From assembly GCA_012295275.1 (NCBI GenBank), contig CM022670.1, positions 7,874,001 to 7,938,000 on the forward strand: a stretch of DNA of 64,000 nucleotides. Direction: 5' to 3'. The notes under the pieces were generated by a model. It searched no databases. It was not told where the DNA came from and saw only the letters and a program-made list of their open reading frames with translations. The position numbers and the translations under genes are program-made. Positions 1-13,018 of this stretch are shown here, piece after piece. The stretch comes from Chrysomallon squamiferum. Lineage: Eukaryota > Animalia > Mollusca. Each line of letters starts with the position of its first letter. Positions within the stretch are counted from its first letter, which is position 1.

Positions 1-338
1 ATAGATCAGTGGACATATTTTATCTTCCAGCGCGATTTGGCAAAGATTTTGTTCATCTGGCGAAAATATTCAGAAAAAACAACGTCTTGTTAGCCCTAAC
101 GGTCACCTGCATCCACGCCGGATTGGACAGTCTTGATCACGTGGTAAATCTACGAGGGAAGAGTCTGTGGCGGGAAGCTAGAAAGTCGGTTTGGAAATAT
201 TTTGACACTTCTCATCATTATTTACATCCTTTCAAAGCCGGCAAAGATCTCCAGGATCCGTCTGGGCAAAGATTTTTCTGTGATAAATATTTAAAAACTT
301 CTGAAATATTTCAAAATAAAATGCATGTCAAAGAGTAA
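1..338 (+). CDS. 3' end of a STELLO-like (DUF288) putative glycosyltransferase gene, 5' part outside the window
   Basis: Open frame ..HRSVDIFYLPARF...HHYLHPFKAG..stop at 336-338. DIFYLP and HYLHPFK resemble the C-terminal motifs of STELLO/DUF288 proteins. Nearly identical (2 nt differences seen) to complement 14446..14783. Whether this copy is intact cannot be seen. Confidence 0.7.
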   Translation, partial: RSVDIFYLPARFGKDFVHLAKIFRKNNVLLALTVTCIHAGLDSLDHVVNLRGKSLWREARKSVWKYFDTSHHYLHPFKAGKDLQDPSGQRFFCDKYLKTSEIFQNKMHVKE

Positions 339-698
339 ATTATGATCTCTGTACCTCGTTCATTATTTATTAAATAACTGTGTGATTGTAGTAAGCATTG
401 TGACGTGTATGGTTTATGACAGAAGTGGCGTACACACATTGAAACCAATTTATCACCAGATTAATCTAAATTAATTTTAATTATTAACTTCAAAATGTTC
501 CGAATTTAGATAACAGTTTTCAGACAGTTTTAAACCAAATCATCATCATCATCATCATTACTGCTACTACAACTACAACTATTACTACTCTACTCTACTA
601 CTAATTGTAATATTCCTACTGTTGTTGCAGTTGTTTTTAATTTTAATGTAAGATGTATAATGCACTATAATCATCTGTGACAGAGTATGGAGACATTT

Positions 699-917
699 TC
701 ATACATTATTTAATAGTTTTGATAAAACTGGCGGCATGGTCAAGTTAAACAGCAATTAGTCCAAATAATAAACATGTTTCAGGTTTTTTTAAAATGAATT
801 AAATGTATTTCCTTGTAAAACTTTTCTAACAAAGTCATAGTTTCATTATAGTGATGATCCAAACTTCTTTTTGGATACTTCACTAGATGGGAAACTCCAA
901 GTCGATTAAAAACGTGC
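699..917 (-). pseudogene. Truncated 3' fragment of the 12565..14053 carbohydrate sulfotransferase paralogue
   Basis: Reverse complement reads HVFNRLGVSHLVKYPKRSLDHHYNETMTLLEKF..., matching 13837..14053. It has a 2-nt frameshift in the A run at ~784-793 and TAC>TAA in the LDY motif (~756-758). Homology stops abruptly at 917. Confidence 0.85.
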
Positions 918-944
918 GCTTTAGTTTATTTGTTGCTCATAAAG

Positions 945-1016
<72 letters not shown>

Positions 1017-1975
1017 TACACACCTGCTCATCATCTCCTGGCTAGTGAGGCTGGTTGGCCGCAGTATAGATTTTCACCTTATTTATCATAACCATCGAAT
1101 TATCCCTGGTGGGAAAAAAACCTTAATTAACAAAACAAAATAATAATAATAAAAACAAATTAAAAAACATTTATTAACAGTATTATTGGTTCGCTTGGAC
1201 AGAGGACTCGGAGTTGGCCAAATGTATAACGAGAAATTAGCTCCTCCCAAATGTCAGTGTTCTAAAATGATCACCAAAAAAAAACCCAAAGACACTTAAA
1301 TATTTTAACGTGTTCTAAATTTATTAACAAGGACTGGAAAGCGGAGGCAGAAAAGATCATAAAAGGTATTTTTATTATTTATTTATTTATTTATTTCATT
1401 AGTATTTCATAACGTTATTTAGTCTGAACTAGATTGGATAGATGAAAAGGATGAAAGTAGAATAGTTATTAATTACCAAGTTCTGTTTATAGCAATGTTT
1501 TAGACTGTTTTAAATGTGGAACTATGGTGTTGTTGAAAACTGAAGTTTGGATAACCATTACAAAAACAAAATTTAAGATTTTGATAATTTAACTTTGTAA
1601 ATTTTAGACAGTTTTAAATGTGGAATTATTATTGTCTTGAATATTATTAAAATTCGTATCGCCATTATGTAAGATTTGGATAATTTAATTTGGTAAGAAT
1701 TTCCGATTACAGTATAATAAACTGCTGGTATTTTGACAGTTTGTTAACATTTTTTATGTGTTTCGATAAAATATGTAAATTAGTGTTCAGCTATGGTTTC
1801 CTATACAGTACTTATTATTAATGTATTTTGTGAATTTATAATATTATTACGAAAACTTAACATCTGTAGTTCGAAAACATAAACCATTTAGTTTTAAATC
1901 TTTTCTGGTGTAAATGATGATAGAGGATGATTCGTTTCCATAACATTTTTAATTTTAACTTTTTCAGCTTTTTGA

Positions 1976-2072
<97 letters not shown>

Positions 2073-4440
2073 GTTATTGTTAATCCACTGTTTTCAAATA
2101 TTCGACATTTTCCGCTTACCTGTTTAGTTTTCAGCTATAGGGAATCTGTTTGTTCGTTCTTCGGGTTTGTTGTGATATGTCAAACAATTTTTGTAAACGT
2201 CTGAAGTATTCTAAAGTAACAAATAGTTTAAAATATTTTAAACATGATTCACTATGGTGGACTTGGTCGTCTTCTCTAGATCTTACTGAAACTGAAAGCT
2301 TAATTAGAAATATTATTATTATTTTAACATATATGTATGTGTGTATATATATATATTCTCACTTCAAAGATGAAGCTTTGGTAACTTTGTTTTAGAATAA
2401 CCAGATAAAAATATCACGTGAATAACGAATCTCAAGATTTTTGTTTATTTTTTTTTTGTTTTGATCGTTGTTAAATTATTTCACAGATTATAACGTACAG
2501 AACACAGTTACGGTGTATGGTGTTGCTTGCAGAGGCTGGACGCGTAGGGGCGGTTATTTGTGGTTACCTAGGTTTCCAGCAGCAAAACTCGACATTTAGC
2601 AATTACAGAAATCCGTTTCAAATTTTGAGATTAGCTTAATGAATTAATGTCCTTTGTTAACTTTGTTGTCAGGAATCTTCAATATCATTTTGCAGACAGA
2701 AAAAACGTAATCATCTCTTCATTTAAATGCTTAAATTATTTGTAGTTTAAACACAAACGTCAACATTTACTTTATGGAAGCATTCCAGTGCTTGAATACA
2801 CAGCGCACGTGCGACAGTGCACTTTATTATGCGCTAAATCTGTCTGCGGTTACTGCTGAGTAAATGATACTAAAAGGCCAGTGACTAATGTTAAAAAACA
2901 GAAACGTGAGGATCTGTTATTAAATAAATACATTCGTTTTGCTTCCAGTAACAGGACAATAGATATTAATAAAGACAATAACAATCAGATAAAATAGTTA
3001 ACTAATTTAGGGTTTTCTTCTTCAGGCGGTTGCATTAATTTATGTAGACCTAATTAATTCTGAGTTACCACTATTCATTATTAAACGTTTCATGGTATGA
3101 ACCTCATTTCCAAACAGTTGACAACAGCTTTCATTTCTGGAGTCATATTGATAGTTCAGTTATTAGAAGTACTATATTCAGACAAGTGTCGGTGGGCTCA
3201 TCTGTTCTTAATAAAGAGGAAATAAAAAAAAAATACTGATGCCAGAAATCAGGACCACTTGAAAACTATATTTTCGAAAATTCTCAAACTTTCTTTATCT
3301 GTGAGCGTGCCCGCGTATGAATCAACGACAACAAGCAACATCATTTTAAAATGTGCAATCAAACCTTGACTATACAGGTATCTTAGAAATGACGAATAAA
3401 TATTTATTTGTTGTCTTGAACTTTGTTATTTTACATCAATAATAAACAGTTTGTTTACTGTATTTTTGTTTTAGAAAATACATTTTGAAGCATGGTTTCT
3501 TCTACAAAACATACCTGTGAAATAACATTAAAAAAATGTTTTGACATCAAATATTATTGTTATAAACGTGAGTCATCAGACGTATTTCTGCATCAAACGT
3601 ATGTCTGATGACCCGAAGAAATACTTTAAATATAATCTGCATACTCTAACCGAACTATAATTTATTAATGTTTCGATCTCTTGTTGACTACACTTGTACA
3701 ACAGAAAAGAAAATGCCTTGAAAAATATTGGAAAAATATTTGAAAAATTCTAGGTTTACCTAGTAAGTAATATGTGTGTTTAACATGAATGTAAAAGCGT
3801 CTTAGTAGGTCCAGTTCTACCCGGGGTGGAGGGAAGGTAGCTCTGCATTAAGATGAAAGAACATTTTAATACATACCCTGACAGGTTTAACTTGTCTTCA
3901 GTGGTGGATCAAAGTTTCAAAACGGATAGTGTCGCTACGTTCGCGTCTGGATAGGATAGACAAAATGTAGTGTCGCTCGCGTCCAGTACTTCTGACTTCA
4001 GTACTCGAGGTTTCTGTTAGGTTACCTCACCCTTAGTCCACCTCTCTCCAGTCTCTACCCACTGATCAGGACAGCATGAGTGTCTATAATAGAAGCCAAA
4101 GCTGCTGCTGGCACAGGTCTTTGGGTCATTGAGACATACAATTTATTATGAATTTGTTGGGGTTTTTGGGGGTTTTTTTTTTACCTTTCATATATCAAAT
4201 CAAACTTATAAGCATGGATAACTGTTTTACGGCTTTAATTTCGTCCCAATACAAGTATTATTTAATAACATCAAAATACAAATATAGTTGATATACACTA
4301 CACTCACTTTTGCTAAATTATTATTTTGTTTCTATTTCGTTGTTGATCTTTCGACTAAATTTGACTGAAATCGTTATCAAGGCTTTGAATTATTTAGTTT
4401 TTCAGTAAAGAAAAGTTTAGTCGAAATAATGACTATTGTT

Positions 4441-4489
<49 letters not shown>

Positions 4490-4517
4490 CACCCTTGACA
4501 AATCAGAAAAATCGGAG

Positions 4518-4677
4518 ATGAATAAACTGGCTGTCAAGACGTTTGTGTTAATCACTGTTGTGTCTCTGATCATCTTTGCTTTCACTTACAAGAGGTCAAC
4601 GTTTACAGTCATAAAAACAGTGCTGCAGTCACACATTACAGGTAAGATTATGTTTATACAGTCTGTACATCACAGGG

Positions 4678-4770
<93 letters not shown>

Positions 4771-6301
4771 GAGACAAAAAGTAATGTATTTTTTCTCAGA
4801 GAAAATAAGATAATCTAATAAATGGTAAACTATTCTTTGGTTTAGGAAAAATAAAACTGGAAATAAAAATTACTGATGAAATGAAGTTTAAATGAAATAA
4901 AATGGATACAAATATACCTAGACTACAAATAATAATATACGTTATGTTTTCTTCTTCTTCTTCACATAGAAAACACCAGAAACAAGGAGGTCCGTAACTC
5001 GGTACTGCTGGAAGACACAAAAAAAGAAGTATGAAGTGAAGTGAATCTTTTGTTTAAACATATATTTCATATTTATACTTATACCGAAATCCCCAATACA
5101 AATCTGAATTTTTATTTTTTACCAGATATATAGTCTATACAGTTTTCTGTTGAAGGTAAATCTTTACAAGAAAAAATCATTATATAATGCAAAAATAGAG
5201 AAAATGTCCGGGAAAACAATAATTTCAAACACTTTCCTCCACTTCCAAATATTTTAAACATGCTCTTGCTTTGACACAAATGTTGGTATCTTTGTGACAT
5301 ATTTAACACATCTTTGTATAGAAGGAATTTATAGTTCAGAATATTCAAACTAATAAAACAAGAAAGATAAATTCCAGTCATCCTGATAACCATTTGCGAT
5401 TATCACTGTTAAATTTTAGGAAATATAAATAATTAATTCTTCTCTATTTCAGTGCGAATCGGCTATTAAATCTGACTACTTTAAGAATGTATCTCACTAC
5501 TGTCAGTCACCGTGCACAAAACTGACCGTCAAACAGATAGTGAAGAAAAACGTGTTCTTTTACAACGACCGATACAAGTTCGTGTTTTGCACTGTTCCAA
5601 AAGCTGGAGTCACTAACTGGAGACGCGTTTTGCTCGTCTTGTCAGGAAAGCTGAATGTCACCGATCCTATGGGGATTGACAAGAAATTGGTCTTTTCCAA
5701 ATACTACAGGCTTTTGTCCCGTCTGGGCGCCCTGTCTGAAAGCGAGATAGAATATAGACTTAAACACTACTACAAATTTGTCTTTGTTAGAGATCCTTTT
5801 GTAAGACTCGTTTCTGGCTACCACGATAAATTCGTTGATCACAAACGTTTTTTAGGAAAAGCGTCAGTGGAGAAACACATAATTAAATCCTACAGAATAC
5901 GTCCAGGTAGAAAAGCATTCAGAAGAGACCGTGACGTGAGATTTGAGGAATTCGTCCAGCATGTTGCAGATTCTTCTATCTATAAATTAAACAGACACTG
6001 GAGGCCGATGTCACTGTTGTGTGAACCGTGTTCTATTAAATATGACTTCGTGGGCCACGTGGAAAACGTCGATTCTGATTCCCAGAGAGTCCTGCACGAA
6101 ATACTCGGTGTACGCAGCAAAGTGAAATATCCAAGTAGAAGTGATTATACAAATCAAGAAAGTGAAACACTGCTAGAAGACATGTACAGTAAAATACCTC
6201 TTGCCCATTTAAGCGAACTAAAACATGTATATAGTCTGGATTACTTGCTTTTTAATCTCACCATACCACGAACTGTGGAAAATCTTTTGAAGAGATTGTA
6301 G
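4518..6301 (+). CDS. Carbohydrate sulfotransferase, CHST8-14/HNK-1ST (Sulfotransfer_2) family, CHST11-like, copy A1, 343 aa
   Basis: Exons 4518..4641, 4970..5028 and 5453..6301 with GT-AG introns and compatible phases (1032 nt). Exon 1 encodes a type II signal anchor. 5'-PSB motif CTVPKAGVTNW, 3'-PB motif FVRDPFVRLVS, plus HWRP and CEPC..YDFVG..E. Confidence 0.9.
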
Positions 6302-7379
6302 GACGATATTTGATTATCGAAACCATGTATAGTTATACTGGTTAAACTAAATATGCAAATCTTGACAATGATGTAAATGTACTGCAGAATTTTTAATTTG
6401 TTTCCAACTTATTGTTTCAATTATTTCTAGGGACCATCTTGTCTGATGATCAAATATGTTAATAGAATAACTTGGAAGTGTCCCGAAATTTTTTTTCTTC
6501 ATTTAACAAGGATGTACTTTACTGAAGTTAAATATGGGAATATATCTGAAATACAACAAAAAAATTATAAAAATAATAATATTAACTGAACATGAACATT
6601 ACAATTTACCACGCAGAGCAGACAATATATTTATTAATAATTCATTAAAAGTTTGAATTCAAGTCATTAGAAGAAGGTTCACCACTGTATGCTAAGTGGA
6701 ATATACTGGAAAACATCATTAATGCAAATCCAAGATGACTAATTTGAAATACATCAGTACAGCCAATATGGTTCAGTTATCAGAGTTTTGTTGTAAAATG
6801 ATTATATGTTTACCACATACAGACATGGATATCATTAGGTTCACTTCACTAGTCAATTTTTTCCAGTACTGCTTATTATCTTCTCTAACTTCATCAGCTG
6901 CTGTAACAATCCATAATTTCATGAACATGTAATTTAATGTCCACAGATACCTGAGGTGACTAATGGAATGGAATACATCTGTATTCAATGATTTATTAAA
7001 CAGTCTTTGACAGAAAAAATATCCTTGTGTTGTACGTGTATGAAAGAGAGATGACTGGAGAAAAATAATGAACTGCAGCTGCAGGTCAAGAAAACAAAGC
7101 AGACACATTGTTAGATTCTGATAGCTGAGAAAAATGTTAAGAAAAGGATAAAACAAACAAAACAATTACTTGATGATAAAAATAAAGGGTTGATATAAAG
7201 AAAGGAAACCTGGTGATTGATGGTTATCTTGGTGTCTAAATTTAAAAAGAGCTCTGAAATTCCTACAAACTTTTTTTGTACTTCGTAGGCGTTAGAAACA
7301 CTCAAAATTTTTTCTTTTCATAATGCTATTAAAAACCAATTAATTTCAACAAAGGAGTTAAAACATTAAATCTGCTTAT

Positions 7380-7980
7380 TATTATTATTATTATTATTAC
7401 TATATAATATAACATTATTCACATTACTTTATTTATGTAATACTATTATTATTTTTGTTATATAATATTGGTAATACTACAATATATAACATTAGTATTA
7501 TTACTGTATAAGATGATTTTACATAGCTCGTATTACTTTATACCATTACTTCATTATGTAATAAAGTATTAGTATTATTATTATATAACATCACTAACAT
7601 TACTATAAAATAAAACATTACCACTGTTATTGTTTATAACATTATCAATATTGCTACATAATCAGGATTAAACATTATAAAACATAACATTATTATATAC
7701 ATAAGAATACTATTTCTATGTAACATAACAAATTTATAATACCCTGTAGCAACATTACTGATATTATTATATAACATTACACTTCTACTAATACTGTATA
7801 ACAAAATATAACTAATATAATTATAAAACATAATATTACCACCGAGCAATATTATTAATATTACTTTATAAGTAACATTACTAATAGTACTTTATAAGTA
7901 ACATTACTAATCTTACTATGTAATATAATATTACTACATAACATTATTTCCAATATTGAAATGTAACAATTACCATAAAC
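7380..7980. repeat. Degenerate AT-rich minisatellite-like tract (TAACATTAC-like units), inverted copy at ~21180..21830
   Basis: Recurrent ATAACATTA(C/T) words and a near-perfect tandem pair TACTTTATAAGTAACATTACTAAT at ~7862-7911. Confidence 0.6.
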
Positions 7981-8361
7981 AGTACAAAGTTTATCAGTGA
8001 TTATTGAAAATCACATCGTTTGTCAAAACTCGAGTTTAAAACTAACACTGCAACATCTGTTTTTGTTGTGAAAGAAAAAAAAATCAATCCAAGTTAACAT
8101 ATAAAAAAATAGTTTTGAGATACAAGATTGCATTTGAATTTGAAAAACAAATGGAGATGGTTTAAGGTATGTATAATTTGTGTATTGTAAAACTGTTTAA
8201 TAGTAGGTTATTGGAAAGCTTTTGCTTGCATCTTATTTGCTTAAAGTGACTTGTTAAAGCCAAAGTTTGGAAAGATAAAATCACAATTAACTTTATCAAT
8301 AACTGAACCCTGAAATAATAATGTATGGCAATTAATTTGAAAAAGCGTATGGCTACTGAGG

Positions 8362-8403
<42 letters not shown>

Positions 8404-8705
8404 ATTGCTATTAATTCAATGAATAATTGTTGTTGTCGTTATTATTATTGTTATTATTGTTGTTTTTGTTGTTATTCCTCCTCCTTCTCCACCTCCTCCT
8501 ACTCCTTCTCCTCCTACTCCTATTACTACGACTACTATTATTATAATTAGAAATGTTTCACTATCATTTTAGAATTATAATACTGGTAAAATTATCTTTA
8601 TCACAGAATAAAACAGTAATAAATAAACACTGTGTATTCCCAGTGTTAAAAGATTTCTTGATAAAATTAAATTTTAGCTAGTCGTGAAATTAGCTGTTGT
8701 TAACA

Positions 8706-8768
<63 letters not shown>

Positions 8769-9904
8769 AATAAATAAACAAAAATAAAAAAAAAAAATAT
8801 AAAAAATAAAACCAAAGAAACAAACAAAAAACAAGAAAAATCCATGTTCACAGACGTTTTTGTTTTCCTCATAATACAACGACAAAAGAAATTTAAAAAT
8901 ATTCCGAAAATCCCCCCATCTTCATAAAATAATAACAACAACAACAAACAATAATAATAATAATAAAAAGAAGAAGAAGAAGAAGAAGAAGAGTTTTATT
9001 TAAAATTAGTATATATTTTAAAAAATAACAACAACAAAACAAAAAATACATTTCCTCCTTTTCTGCTGTTATTTTTTAATTAATTTAATTATTTATTTAT
9101 TTAGTTAGTTCACGAGTTTAATTAATTCACGAGTATAGTTAAATAGGGTTCGGAAACTATTAACTGAGCAAAGTCACATCGACATCCTTCTATTCTTGAC
9201 TGCAGTTTTGTACTGTCAGCAATTACTGAGTGACAGCTTGCAGATCCAGGATTTTTTTTATATATATTTTTATTTTTATTTTATTTTTTAAAGTGAGGCA
9301 AAATATGGGTGAATAGAATTTGCATAAACAATTCCGATTTGTGAATGTAACCGGAAACTTTCGTAGATATATATTACACCTGCGAAAACCATTCGCTATG
9401 TTCATGACTCGGTCGACTGTTGGGCAGTTATTCTAATGACCCCCGCGTCCCAAAGCTCTCGTCCCTCTCAAAATCAACGAGTGGATTGAAAAGAAATAAA
9501 AGTTTTAGGTTCGATCACTTTTTTTTTTTTTTTTGAACGGTTGCTGTTGACTGATATTTCTGTGTAATTAATAATATTTAATATTCCATATATCACCGAA
9601 AGGGGTATAATAATAATAATGATGATGATGGTAATGATGATGTACAAAACGACGACGATGATGACGATAATCCTATTCGCAGACCTGTTTCGTTGGACGA
9701 CTCTGTGTTCAACATAAACCGTTTAAACATAGCGATAATGTCCTGCTTGAAGTGAACCTTGAGTAACACAAACAAATTATTTAAATATAACCCCAAACTA
9801 TGTGTTATTTGTTTTTGTTCCTCTCTTTTGTTGTTGTTGGTGTTGTTGTTGTTGTTGTTCAGCGTTAATGAAGTAAAAAAACAAAAGACAGCAGTTCAAA
9901 ATAC

Positions 9905-9955
9905 CTAGTTGCCGCCATTTTTTTTTTTTTTTTTTTTTTTATCCTGCTGACGTCA
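9905..9955 (-). promoter_or_regulatory. Promoter-like element: CRE (TGACGTCA) and YY1 motif (GCCGCCATTTT) with a minus-strand splice donor
   Basis: TGACGTCA at 9948-9955 and GCCGCCATTTT at 9911-9921. The minus strand reads AAAATGGCGGCAACTAG/gtattt. Confidence 0.45.
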
Positions 9956-10438
9956 TCTCGTACTGAGTGGACCGATAGTTGCACTAGTTTCTAAGTCAGA
10001 AGAAATATATATACATATATATATATCAAACAACCATAAACAGCAATAATAATAATAAATAAATAAATAAATTACTACTAATAATAAATAAATATTATTA
10101 TTAAGAACCAAACAACAGCAATAGTAATAATAATAGCAACAACTACAACAAGAATATAAAAATTAAAATTAAAAATTAAATTAAACAAAATTAAAAATAA
10201 TATGCAGTTACATAATTGTTCTTTTTTTGTTGTTTTTGTTAGGGTTTTTTGGAGGGGTTGGGAGATAATTTAAAAGGTGTAGCAATAATGAAGTTTATTT
10301 CTACTGTTTTCTTTTTTCTCTCTCTTTTGACTTCGACAAAAGCAAGAAAGATAACTCTTAAAAGTAGGAATTTATATAACAGTCTACCTCAAAAGCACGA
10401 GCATGAATATCCAAATAATATATTATTTATTAATTAAT

Positions 10439-10547
<109 letters not shown>

Positions 10548-12017
10548 TAAAAAGTGATAAAGAGAGTGATATAGAGAGACACAGAGATTTATGAAAAGGG
10601 ACAGAGAGAGAGGGAGAGAAAGTGAAAAAGAGAGAGGGGGGCCCTGGAAACGTGAGGAAGTCGATAAACAAACAACAGAAAAAGCCTGAAAGTACATATT
10701 TTCAAAGAAAATTATTAATGCCATACATTAAACATATCGAAACCGTCAACAAAAATATTTGTTTAATTTTCATAACGCGCTTTTGTAGACTGTTTTTGAA
10801 AGTAACGCACTAGGACTTTAAAACATACATGTAGCAAACAATGTCTGCAAAGGTGACCAAGAAAGGCTGTTCGCTGGTTATTTACAGTGCACTTTTGGAC
10901 TTTCCTGCGAAAAGAAGTCCTGTTAACTGAACTGTAAAAACAGTTCTTTGTAAAGGGGAATTCCTTCACAATGTGTCCATACAAAACGTTTTCAATAGAT
11001 AAGACTTACATAAAACGCTATATACACAATTAATATATCCAATGTAAAATATTTTTCTATAGACTATGTAAAATGATTTCCTAATCAGCTTTAAAGAAAA
11101 CAAAAAAGTTACTTTATGAAGACGTGTCACGTATCGGCCAACATAGATACTGTATTAGTTTGTCAATCGCGAAGACATTTCAATACAAATGATATTTATA
11201 ATACGAAGGTGCACAGTTCAAGCATTTTCTCTGTCCTAACATTGGAAAAAGTCCAAGTTCCTGAAACTTAATTTATTAAAAGTGTTACTGAAGTGGGAAG
11301 AAGGAATTTTTATGTCTTTTTGAATGGTAATGTACGAGTTTGTCTTTCATGTAAGAACGATCAAATTATCACGATTTAAAATAGAAAAATATTGAAGTAT
11401 ACAGTTATACCTGCCATATATGTGCGTGTTTGTGTGCTAAGTTTTCATTATTTTTGTTGTTCTTATTCTTATTCTTGTTGTTTTTATTGTTCTAGTTGTT
11501 GTTGTTATTGTTATTTTTGCTGTTGTCAGTGTTGTTATTTTTATTATTATTATTATTATTATTGCTGTTGTTATTGTTATTGTTATTACTTCTATTACTA
11601 CAACTATTACCACTACTACTACTACTACTACTCCTACTACTACTGCTACTACTACTGTGAAATGCTATCAGTTAGAGTCAACCTATGTTTTTATTTTCTG
11701 TTCAAGACATCGCTCCTGGTACTGAGAAACAGAATGTATAAATAAACAAATAAATAAATAAACAAACAAACAAGCAAGCAAGCAAGCAAGCAAACAAATA
11801 AATAAGAGGCAAAATAAATAAATATTCATAATTATAAAAATAAAAATAAAAGGCGAAAAGAAGAGACAAAATATTTTTAAAATCTAATAAAATTGTAAAA
11901 TAAGATACCGTAGTATTCAAAATGTTTTTCTTTTGTGCGTGCGCCTGTGTATGTGTAGGAGAGGTGTGCATGGTTTTGATTGTGAAGATGCTTTTCTTCT
12001 GCAATTTTGTTAGTTTC

Positions 12018-12069
<52 letters not shown>

Positions 12070-12280
12070 TTAATTTTATTTAATTTTATTTAAAGTTTAT
12101 ATGTGGTGTTAACGCATATGGACATGATAAGTTTTCACCTGACAGTATGAAAATAAAAACTTTTAATCTAAACACAAAGGCGTCACACTAAAGTATGTTC
12201 TTTTGAGATTACAACCACGTTCATACTACCACGTATTTGAAACCTTTACCTAGTTCACTTCTTATACAAAATGTATTATA

Positions 12281-12494
12281 CAGGGCAGCCCAAAAATAGG
12301 TTTACAGTTACTAAACTACCGTTTATATGCTTGAAGTTACTTGCTAAGTACAGTTAAGATAAAATACAATGTTGAAGGAGGACATTTTGAGCATGTGAGA
12401 GATTAAACAGTTTCTGTTCAATTCTTGAAACATGCTTATATTTTAAAATATATAGCCTACGTAATAAATGTAAACCTACTTTTGGGCTACCCTG
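12281..12494 (+). mobile_element. Tc1/mariner-type non-autonomous element (MITE), 214 bp
   Basis: 26-bp TIRs CAGGGCAGCCCAAAAATAGGTTTACA / TGTAAACCTACTTTTGGGCTACCCTG (2 mismatches). TA flanks the left side, TG the right. Internal VEGGHFEHVRD* resembles the GGHFEH C-terminus of mariner-like transposases. Confidence 0.8.
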
Positions 12495-12564
12495 TGTTAT
12501 TTATAGTCTACTAATTCCTTTTGTTCTTTCTACAAGAAATACCATTCATTTCGGACTTCCAAGC

Positions 12565-12979
12565 ATGAGTAGACTTACTATGAAAGCTTTAATTTTCTCA
12601 CTGATGATGTCGTTGACTTTTCTGATGATCAGTTATCATCTGATCAACAAAAACATTGTCAGGAGAGAGCCAGATAATTCCTCTACAGGTAATATTTATT
12701 CATACTGAAAATGGGCGGGGGGGAATAAAATTAAATTCCAAACAGAAATAAAGATGATTAAATAAGGAATAAAATTAAAAAAAAAATTTAAATATAAAAA
12801 AAAATACATAAATAATTATATATAAAAATATAAAAAAAATAAAATTAAAAAAATAAAATAAAATAAAATAAAAATACATTCTTAAATGATAGTTTTATTT
12901 TATGTAAAAACATTGCTTTCTTTCCATGTCTGTACCTAAGCATGTATATGGCCAACCTCTATGTATGTCTGTGCATTTA

Positions 12980-13018
<39 letters not shown>

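Larger units (their letters stand above)
1..917. repeat. Inverted segmental duplicate of ~13837..14783
   Basis: By-eye reverse-complement match covering the STELLO-like 3' end, the intergenic (CAT)n/(CTA)n tract and the sulfotransferase 3' end. Confidence 0.9.
922..8170. repeat. Inverted segmental duplicate of ~20975..28650 (left arm)
   Basis: Colinear reverse-complement matches, e.g. 1185-1250 vs 28375-28450, 2480-3030 vs 26645-27210, 4010-7060 vs 21840-24885 and 8020-8165 vs 20975-21135, interrupted by indels. Confidence 0.9.

Noticed and set aside
1927-2127. Poly-Leu, poly-Ile, (ER)n, (SL)n and Tyr/Cys-rich ORFs here and at 8690, 10403, 11392, 19501, 29382, 48377, 52000 and 56064
   Set aside because: Translations of microsatellites and low-complexity DNA with no splice or domain support.
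5642-5842. Antisense ORFs overlapping real exons (also 4796, 13676, 15087, 15571, 23131, 23874, 34748, 35902, 46482)
   Set aside because: Shadow frames of genuine coding sequence.
6735-7305. ORFs downstream of sulfotransferase A1 that recur at 21805-22187
   Set aside because: Shared only because of the duplication. Frames are broken by indels between the copies and no protein family was recognised.
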